DNA of 31,107 nt from a virus (taxonomy: Duplodnaviria; Heunggongvirae; Uroviricota; Caudoviricetes), in IMG/VR virus record IMGVR_UViG_3300002835_000064. The stretch is one strand, 5' to 3'. Position 1 is the stretch's first letter. Every line of letters begins with the position of its first letter. Position numbers and translations under genes: made by a program. A model generated the notes under the pieces. It was not told where the DNA came from. It did not search any database and saw nothing but the letters and a program-made list of their open reading frames with translations. Positions 17,531-24,567 of this stretch are shown here, piece after piece.

Positions 17531-19864
17531 ATGGCGAGTAAATACGGCGGTCGAATATTATCTGCAATAACACCAACAACAGTAGGTGGTTCTTATACTA
17601 GTTCCGCTGGTGGGATGTGGGATTTAGTTGCTCAATCTCAAGCAAAAAAAGCTTTGATATGGCCTAAAGGGTCAGTACCCCCATCGAGACCAACTATAGG
17701 AACAGTAACTTTAGTAAATAGTACTGCGACGGTCCCGTTTACTGGATCTGCGGATCTTGGAGCCAATGTATTAACTCAATATAATTTAATATGTTCAGAT
17801 GGTCAAACCTTTTCTTCAAATACTTCGCCATTTACTGTTAATTTAACTCAAAATATCGTTTATACTTTCGCAGTTAATGGGTCTAATATCTCGGGCATGG
17901 GGGAAAGTAGTGTTAGTCCACCCATAATGAGATTAGGGACACCTACACCAAATACACCAGTATTTGGTAATAGTCAGGTTTCGGTTCATTTTACTCGAAA
18001 TGATTCTAATTTATCAGGATTACCAACTACTTATACGGTTACTTCATCTCCCGGTAATATGACCGCTACTGGGACATCATCACCAATTACCGTAACTGGT
18101 TTAACTAATGGTACAGCTTATACCTTTACTATAAAAGCAGCTAATGATTACGGTGAAAGTTTAGTTAGTGGTTCGAGTAGTAGTATGATTCCGGCTGCGG
18201 TACCAAGTGCTCCTACTATTGGGGCAGTAGTAGGTGGAAATAAATTCGCGACAGTTCCGTTTACATTTTCAACTAATAATAATGGTGATGTAATTAGTAG
18301 TTATACCGTAACTTCTAATCCGGGTGGTATAACTGCATCCGGAACTACTTCGCCAATTACAGTAACTGGACTAAACGTAGATTTAAATTATACATTCACT
18401 ATCGTAGCGAATAATAAAGCCGGGGCTAGTTTACCTAGTTCGGCTAGCAATAGTATTAGACCGGCATTAGTTCCAAGTCAACCAACTAGTGTTACTGCAG
18501 CTTATGGTTATTCAACTTCAACTAACGTCTCATTTAATGCGCCGGATAATGGTGGTTATCCAATCACACAATATACGGTAACGTCAAGTCCTGGAAATAT
18601 AACAGCTACTGGTGCATCATCCCCAATTACGGTAACCGGATTAACTAATAATACTGCATATACATTTACTGTAAAAGCTACTAATATTTTAGGAACTGGT
18701 TCGACTAGTTCTGCGAGCAATAGTATTAAACCCGGAACGCCTAGTGCACCATACCTATCATCAGTTGTTTATAGTAGTGGGACGACCGCAACCATTAATT
18801 TTTCAGTTCCTGGGTTAAATGGTGGGTCTGCTATTACCGGATATATAGTTACTAGATCGGATGGTGCTACAGTTTCTGGGACAGCATCACCGTTAGTTAT
18901 GGCAAATAATTTCGTTGATGGTACCTTATATACCTTTACTGTAGCTGCGATAAATGCCGTTGGTACTGGTGCTGCGAGTAATACTAGCTCGCAAGGAAGT
19001 CCAAAAATATCAGTAAATATCACATATAGTTCGGCTACTGCTAATTTAACTATTAATGACTCAATTATTACTAACGCGGCATACGGATTAGGATGGGATG
19101 GTGTCGTTCCGATATTATGTACGATTACGAATAATACTACCATCTACAGTACAGGCACCAGTTCTTATGCATTAACTATTGCTCCCAATATTCCAGCTTC
19201 TAGAAACCTTAAATTCATAAACAATGGTTATATCCTTGGTATGGGTGGTAATGGTGGTAATAGTGGCGGTCAAGCTAGTCCGGCTAATGGTTATATGGGC
19301 GGGCCAGCATTAAACGTTCAATCAAATGTAATATTTGTAAATAATAGTATTATAGCCGGGGGTGGTGGGGGTGGTGGTTCTGGTGGTTCATGGTACGCAG
19401 CATCTTGGGGTAGTAATGGGCATTCACCTTCTGGTGGGGGTGGTGGTGGTCGAGGTAATGATCAAGCTCTGTCGACTGGTGGTTATGGATCTCAATGGTA
19501 TAGTGATTCCCGTAGTTGGAGTACGGCTGGTGGTTCTGGTGGTTTTAGTTCGGGTGGTAATGGTGGTAACGGCGGCTTAGCGTATGGTCGTGAAAGTTGG
19601 CCAAATGGTTATACTGGTGGGGCTGGCTATAATACATATGGTAGTGGTGGAGGAGGTTCTGGCGGTTCTGGTGGTACATTCTCGGGCGCGATTCCTGGAG
19701 GGGGTGGTGGGGGTGGTGGTGCTTGGGGATCCGCTGGGGGTACTGGCGGTGCATCTGGTCATGGTGATGGTGGTGGTGGTGGGGGTGCTGGCGGTGTTGC
19801 TATTTCTGGGAATGTTTATATTACCTGGGCAGCAACCGGTTCTAGATACGGAGCTATCCAATAA
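17531..19864 (+). CDS. Adhesin A: N-terminal Trp motif + 5 fibronectin type III domains + gp38-like glycine-rich tip (777 aa)
   Basis: Five P..P...YTVTSSPG...SPITVTGLTN...YTFT..A.N..G Fn3-type units. The C-terminal NNGYILGMGGNGG...GGPAL...NNSIIAGGGGGGG...W..TG.RYG matches the T-even gp38 adhesin pattern. Confidence 0.8.
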   Translation: MASKYGGRILSAITPTTVGGSYTSSAGGMWDLVAQSQAKKALIWPKGSVPPSRPTIGTVTLVNSTATVPFTGSADLGANVLTQYNLICSDGQTFSSNTSPFTVNLTQNIVYTFAVNGSNISGMGESSVSPPIMRLGTPTPNTPVFGNSQVSVHFTRNDSNLSGLPTTYTVTSSPGNMTATGTSSPITVTGLTNGTAYTFTIKAANDYGESLVSGSSSSMIPAAVPSAPTIGAVVGGNKFATVPFTFSTNNNGDVISSYTVTSNPGGITASGTTSPITVTGLNVDLNYTFTIVANNKAGASLPSSASNSIRPALVPSQPTSVTAAYGYSTSTNVSFNAPDNGGYPITQYTVTSSPGNITATGASSPITVTGLTNNTAYTFTVKATNILGTGSTSSASNSIKPGTPSAPYLSSVVYSSGTTATINFSVPGLNGGSAITGYIVTRSDGATVSGTASPLVMANNFVDGTLYTFTVAAINAVGTGAASNTSSQGSPKISVNITYSSATANLTINDSIITNAAYGLGWDGVVPILCTITNNTTIYSTGTSSYALTIAPNIPASRNLKFINNGYILGMGGNGGNSGGQASPANGYMGGPALNVQSNVIFVNNSIIAGGGGGGGSGGSWYAASWGSNGHSPSGGGGGGRGNDQALSTGGYGSQWYSDSRSWSTAGGSGGFSSGGNGGNGGLAYGRESWPNGYTGGAGYNTYGSGGGGSGGSGGTFSGAIPGGGGGGGGAWGSAGGTGGASGHGDGGGGGGAGGVAISGNVYITWAATGSRYGAIQ

Positions 19865-20145
19865 TGATAAAATATTATACTATACAATTAGTCGAACAAC
19901 ATGTTTATATGAATAAACAATTATTTTACGTTTGGTATGATAATCATTACGTTTATGATTTTAAAAAAATATCAGAAACTAGAGTATTACACTTATTATC
20001 AAAAACCAAAAAACGATTACGATCTTATTTTAAAATTGAATGTGATGATATAATTTTACACGATTACTCAAAATCTAAATTAAAACGTAAACTTATTAAA
20101 CGATTACGTAAGATTAATAGCAATATAAAACTTAAAAAAATATAA
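19864..20145 (+). CDS. Hypothetical very basic protein (93 aa), very low GC
   Basis: TAATG overlap with the adhesin A stop. Lys/Arg-rich C-half. About 19% GC in the first 120 nt counted. An alternative start is possible at ATG 19909 (MNKQLF). Confidence 0.5.
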   Translation: MIKYYTIQLVEQHVYMNKQLFYVWYDNHYVYDFKKISETRVLHLLSKTKKRLRSYFKIECDDIILHDYSKSKLKRKLIKRLRKINSNIKLKKI

Positions 20146-20172
20146 TATTACTATATCGGATTGATAATTTAG

Positions 20173-20186
20173 TATAGATAAATACT
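20173..20186 (+). promoter_or_regulatory. Putative late promoter TATAGATAAATACT (core GATAAATA)
   Basis: An identical 14-mer occurs at 21731-21744. Both copies are intergenic and upstream of gene starts. Confidence 0.6.
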
Positions 20187-20223
20187 TGTTAACTAATTAA
20201 TTTTATTAATATTGAGTTTGAAT

Positions 20224-20721
20224 ATGACTACACTAATCAATAGAACGACCCCCAATTATTCAATACCAGTACCCAGTATTTCAAATCGCATAGTTGACGA
20301 TATTCCTCGATTAATTAATGCATTATATACTATTGATGGGTTATTATTTGCAAAACAAGATAAAAATTCTAGTACTAGTACATCAAATATATTAGATAGT
20401 AATGGTATATTACGCCTATCTAAATTACCGGCATTTCAAGGTGATGTTACTTCGACTGCCGGAACTTCGACTTTAATATTATCGAATACTGGCGTCGTAC
20501 CGGGAGCTTATAATAAAGTAACCGTCGATGCTAAAGGTCGCGTTACTGCCGGCTCAAATGAAGCAGTTCCATTAAAAACAATTAATGGTACCTCTTTATA
20601 TGGAGAAGGAAATATTTTAGTTTCTGGTGGGGGTGGTGGTAGTGCGGGCGGTAATCTCGACGGAGGTGGCCCATTTTCAAATTATGGTGGATTATCAGCA
20701 GTTGATGGAGGCAGTATTTAA
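20224..20721 (+). CDS. Mini tail-fibre protein (165 aa from ATG 20224; TTG 20212 also possible)
   Basis: N-terminal TTPNYSIPVPSISNRIVDDIPRLINALYTIDGLL is a fibre-type anchor motif. Then LPAFQGDV...NTGVVPGAYNKVTVDAKGRVTAG and LKTINGTSLYGEGNI, both shared with the giant fibre. Ends SAVDGGSI. Confidence 0.75.
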   Translation: MTTLINRTTPNYSIPVPSISNRIVDDIPRLINALYTIDGLLFAKQDKNSSTSTSNILDSNGILRLSKLPAFQGDVTSTAGTSTLILSNTGVVPGAYNKVTVDAKGRVTAGSNEAVPLKTINGTSLYGEGNILVSGGGGGSAGGNLDGGGPFSNYGGLSAVDGGSI

Positions 20722-21638
20722 TGGCAAGTATTATACAATTACGCAGAGGTACCGCACTAGAATGGGCTACGGCTAATCCAGTATTAGCTGAAGGTGAATT
20801 ATGTGTAGAGTTAGATACCAGTAAATGTAAAGTAGGAAATGGCGTTCAACATTGGAATGACTTATCTTATTCTATTGGTGCGAATGGTGCGAATGGCCAA
20901 AATGGCCAAAATGGGGCTGCGGGTAGAGATGGTGTTGATGGTGTTGATGGTATTGATGGTATGCCTGGTCCTATGGGTCCTATGGGCGGTACAGTAAGTG
21001 CATCCAGTAGACTAAATATAATCGGATCTATAAAACCATTAGTTAGTACTAGTCGTTGGTATCCAATGAAAACAGTATCTATCATTGGTTTATCAGCTAA
21101 TGTCGGTAAGCCGTCTACTACCAAAATTGAATTAGTTGTTCGTCGAAATGGTGCGTTATTGCAAACTATGGTTATTTTACCAAATCAATATAAATCACAA
21201 AACTATTCAAATTTAACTTATGCATTAGGTATTAATGATTATCTAACATTAGATATTGTTTCGGCTGATGGCGTTGCTTCGAATTTAAATTTAGTTATTG
21301 AATATTTTCCGCATGATAATATTACATTAACTGCATCTAGACTAAATTTTATCGGCCCAATTACTCCTATAATTGGTTCTTCTAGATGGTATCCGAGTCG
21401 AGTAATTACATTAAGACAAGTTCATTTAACCGTAGGTTCAAAATCGATTTCATCAATATTTGTTGATATTTTATTAAATGGTGTTGTTATCTTGAGTTTA
21501 AATATAGATGACAATCAATATCGATCAATCACATTAACAGATTTAAATACAGTAATTAACGAATCGGATTATATTACTGCGAATATCACTGCGGCTGTTG
21601 ATGGTAGGAATTTATCGGTAGTTTTAGAATATACTTAA
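20721..21638 (+). CDS. Mtd_N-like domain + collagen-like segment + duplicated C-terminal beta domain (305 aa)
   Basis: Starts MASIIQLRRGTALEWATANPVLAEGELCVELDTSKCKVGNGVQHWNDLSY, then 12 G-X-Y triplets, then two copies of about 100 aa of SRLNxIG.I.P....SRWYP...NG...NQY(K/R)S...DY(L/I)T..I...NL..V(I/L)EY. Confidence 0.8.
   Translation: MASIIQLRRGTALEWATANPVLAEGELCVELDTSKCKVGNGVQHWNDLSYSIGANGANGQNGQNGAAGRDGVDGVDGIDGMPGPMGPMGGTVSASSRLNIIGSIKPLVSTSRWYPMKTVSIIGLSANVGKPSTTKIELVVRRNGALLQTMVILPNQYKSQNYSNLTYALGINDYLTLDIVSADGVASNLNLVIEYFPHDNITLTASRLNFIGPITPIIGSSRWYPSRVITLRQVHLTVGSKSISSIFVDILLNGVVILSLNIDDNQYRSITLTDLNTVINESDYITANITAAVDGRNLSVVLEYT
20877..20984 (+). repeat. Collagen-like (Gly-X-Y)12 with paired exact 9-bp duplications
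   Basis: GAN GAN GQN GQN GAA GRD GVD GVD GID GMP GPM GPM. In DNA: (ggtgcgaat)2, (ggccaaaat)2, (ggtgttgat)2, (ggtcctatg)2. Confidence 0.9.
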
Positions 21639-21730
21639 AAGCTACTATATTATTAAATTAATTATTATCTAATGTAAATGTTTATAGCGATGATAATAAG
21701 CCTAATAAAATTTTATCGGGCAATATTGAT

Positions 21731-21744
21731 TATAGATAAATACT
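21731..21744 (+). promoter_or_regulatory. Putative late promoter TATAGATAAATACT (core GATAAATA)
   Basis: Second exact copy of the 14-mer, 54 nt upstream of ATG 21798, which has a GGAG ribosome-binding site. Confidence 0.6.
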
Positions 21745-21797
21745 AAACTCAATATACAGTAAAAAGTATAAAATAATTTAATCATTGGAGTTTATAA

Positions 21798-23840
21798 ATG
21801 GCTTTAATAATTTCCGCGCCCGGCGCAGATACAGTACAGATTACCACGACTAATTCCGGTGGTGTCTATAGTACATTTACGGAGCTAGCTCAAGCGGTTG
21901 CTGATGCAGTTACTGGTGTAGCTCCAGTAGCTACTACTGGATGGACAGTATATGATACGTTTACCAGTGGCATTATCTACACTCAAGTTTTTCGCGCCTT
22001 AAATAAAGACGGAACTACTTATAAAAATGCTATTTTCCGTTGGAATACTATCAGTTGCGAACTTAATATAAGTACGTGCGAACTTTGGGATATTATAAAT
22101 CATATCCCACAAAATGAAGCATGGACTTACTATGATAGTTCACCAATTCCTTATCGTCTAGATGCAACTGATTTATTATTATTCATCAATCCTCGTTGGT
22201 TAGCTGCTCATTCTTATATGGCGAATGAACCAACTTGTTGGGCCGGCGTTTTTGAAATGGAACGCGAAGATGTTGCTGATACTGGTGGATTTCCATGTTG
22301 GGGGTGGATTTCGTCTAGTTTATGGATGTTAGGTGCTACATCATTAGGTGCAGTTCCGATCCAAGGTGGTGGTAATACGTTAATATCAATTCCTCGCACA
22401 AGAGCTGGCGCAACTGGTTTTGCAGCATCTAGAACTATTGCTTGCGATTATGGGGTTGCACAATACCCAAATGTTTTATCTACCACCGCCGCAGCATTTA
22501 TCTATTATATCGGAAACCAAGTTAATAAATACGTTTCTAATAGCTGGGATACTTCTAAACGTTTAGTGATGCCATTAAAACCATCATTTGAATTTACTAG
22601 TTCTTATGTTTCGAATTATGGTCAAATATACGGACTTAAAGTAATTAGTCCGGCCGGCAATAATATGAATAAAATTCAAGTAAATGTGAATAGTGATGGT
22701 AATTACTCACCGTCGGGAACATTAACTGATCATTGGATTTTAAATAATCATTATAAACCTTGCCAAAATCAAACATCGGCTTGGTTTACTAATACTAATT
22801 TAGTAATGAGTGCATACCCAGTTGGTTTTAGACCTCAATATTTTACATCTACTGGTTCTAGTTATTATATAACCGCAGGTGATCAAGGTAATAATCTTAC
22901 GAAAGTAAATATTTTAACTGGCGTGTATGTTAATATAAAAACAGATAGACAATATTATGATGTTAAATATGATGGTGAACGTTATGTTTATGCTTCATCA
23001 TCTGCTGGATTAACTCGTATTGATACTAGAGATGATACGACTACTGATTTATCAGTCGGGGCTGGTGGTATTTACGCATTCGATATTAATGCTACTCATT
23101 TAGTTTGCGCTCAGTATACATCTTCAGCTACACCTATTATTTGGAGAGTTTTAAGAACTACTTTTGCGGTTGATTCATCTAATGGTAGTATTACTTTAGC
23201 GACATTTAACGAATCGGTTCGTATCTCATGTATTACTATGGATATGGCGGGTAATGCGCATTTAGTCGCTCCTGTTGCTACTGCCGCGAACTTTAAAGTT
23301 TGTAAAATTCTCGCCGCTACGCCAGCATCACCAATATATCAATTAAATAATTTTTCAGTATCGACTAATGCTGGTATTATGATGATTAATGAATATACTA
23401 TGTTGGTAATTACTCATCTTACTAGTGGGGCGACGTATATGTATACCTATCACCCATTAACTCTAGCGTTAGTTAGTACTAACTTAACAGTTGGAACTAA
23501 CCCTGCCATGACGGTGAATTTTTATAAACCGTCGATGATTAAGATTTCGGGTACTATTATGTCTATGGGTAGATCGAATACTACGACGGCATATGGATAT
23601 ATGACGAATTTAGGAACCAATTCGGCGACAACTACTTGGACTCCTATTACTCCAATTCAAACTGGTGATATGTATAGTACCACTGGTAATATTAGTGGCG
23701 TTTCTTCTATGGCGGCTATGTATTGGGATGGGGCGCGTATGGTTGGTATATATGATTCTGGTTTACGTGTATTTTCCGGTATTAATGGTAATAACGTCCA
23801 ATCTTCAGTAACTGTTGGTCAGACCTTATTGCCGATATGA
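21798..23840 (+). CDS. Hypothetical virion-associated protein, C-terminal half beta-propeller-like (680 aa)
   Basis: Long ORF with GGAG ribosome-binding site. The C-half shows blade-like periodicity (YFTSTGSSYYIT, YDVKYDGERYVYASSSAGLTRID, YAFDINATHLV, YWDGARMV). Function not recognised. Confidence 0.65.
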   Translation: MALIISAPGADTVQITTTNSGGVYSTFTELAQAVADAVTGVAPVATTGWTVYDTFTSGIIYTQVFRALNKDGTTYKNAIFRWNTISCELNISTCELWDIINHIPQNEAWTYYDSSPIPYRLDATDLLLFINPRWLAAHSYMANEPTCWAGVFEMEREDVADTGGFPCWGWISSSLWMLGATSLGAVPIQGGGNTLISIPRTRAGATGFAASRTIACDYGVAQYPNVLSTTAAAFIYYIGNQVNKYVSNSWDTSKRLVMPLKPSFEFTSSYVSNYGQIYGLKVISPAGNNMNKIQVNVNSDGNYSPSGTLTDHWILNNHYKPCQNQTSAWFTNTNLVMSAYPVGFRPQYFTSTGSSYYITAGDQGNNLTKVNILTGVYVNIKTDRQYYDVKYDGERYVYASSSAGLTRIDTRDDTTTDLSVGAGGIYAFDINATHLVCAQYTSSATPIIWRVLRTTFAVDSSNGSITLATFNESVRISCITMDMAGNAHLVAPVATAANFKVCKILAATPASPIYQLNNFSVSTNAGIMMINEYTMLVITHLTSGATYMYTYHPLTLALVSTNLTVGTNPAMTVNFYKPSMIKISGTIMSMGRSNTTTAYGYMTNLGTNSATTTWTPITPIQTGDMYSTTGNISGVSSMAAMYWDGARMVGIYDSGLRVFSGINGNNVQSSVTVGQTLLPI

Positions 23841-24262
23841 TAGCTAATATGAACACTAGAGTATCGCTGGTAATTAGTGGGTTTGTTTTACCGAGAATTG
23901 GTAAAACGGATCAAACAATTTCCAGATTAACTAAAATCACTAGCGTTCTATTACCGAAATTTTCTAGCACCAAGAGTGTCGGTAAACCGACACTCTTGGT
24001 GACGACCGGTTTTAAAGTACCTATGGTCGGTAAATCAAGAAAAGTAGAGTCTAGTTTAAGTGGTATCATGTTATGGAATCCGAAAGGTACTAACGGTATT
24101 AAATCTATGCCGCTGGTCGGGGTTCCTCGAGCAACAATATCCGAAAAAACTATAACTACTGGCTTTTTATTACCAAAAACGTCTGGTATTCAAGTAATTA
24201 AATGGCTTGATGCAGCTAGACCAAACGTACAAATAGAACAAATAATTCAATTTTGGAGTTAA
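23837..24262 (+). CDS. Hypothetical basic protein with (S/T)GFxxP pseudo-repeats (141 aa)
   Basis: ATGA overlap with the upstream gene. Repeats: SGFVLPRIGK, SVLLPKFSS, TGFKVPMVGK, TGFLLPKTSG. Confidence 0.6.
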   Translation: MIANMNTRVSLVISGFVLPRIGKTDQTISRLTKITSVLLPKFSSTKSVGKPTLLVTTGFKVPMVGKSRKVESSLSGIMLWNPKGTNGIKSMPLVGVPRATISEKTITTGFLLPKTSGIQVIKWLDAARPNVQIEQIIQFWS

Positions 24263-24265
24263 ATA

Positions 24266-24460
24266 ATGAGATATATTGATGCAATTGAATTGCTCCCGAG
24301 TGCAAGTTACATCTATGCTGATGTTACGTCGACTGAGTTAGCTAAGATAAAAATAGCGCACTATACGTCAGAACTCGAAGGTAAAACTATCGTAGGAACA
24401 AGCGAACCTATTGATAAATTATCTAGTAAATTATTGATCCCTGGATCAATAACATTCTAA
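24266..24460 (+). CDS. Hypothetical protein (64 aa)
   Basis: Starts 3 nt after the upstream stop with GGAG just upstream, and is followed by a terminator. Confidence 0.55.
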   Translation: MRYIDAIELLPSASYIYADVTSTELAKIKIAHYTSELEGKTIVGTSEPIDKLSSKLLIPGSITF

Positions 24461-24475
24461 TAGATTTAAATAGAG

Positions 24476-24506
24476 ATAACCCGGGTTTTAACTCGGGTTA
24501 TTTTTT
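24476..24506 (+). terminator. Intrinsic terminator
   Basis: ATAACCCGGG-TTTTAA-CTCGGGTTAT stem (one G-U pair) followed by a T-tract, 15 nt after the 24460 stop. Confidence 0.8.
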
Positions 24507-24567
24507 GCCATATATAAAATAACATTTAATAAGTGATATTTCATATATGTAAATTATATAGGTTTAT

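Noticed and set aside
8156-21638. Diversity-generating retroelement suggested by two Mtd_N-domain genes
   Set aside because: No reverse transcriptase, no Avd-like ORF, no C-type-lectin variable region, and no non-coding template repeat with adenine-specific mismatches. The intergenic gaps are too short and match no coding segment. A DGR elsewhere in the genome cannot be excluded.
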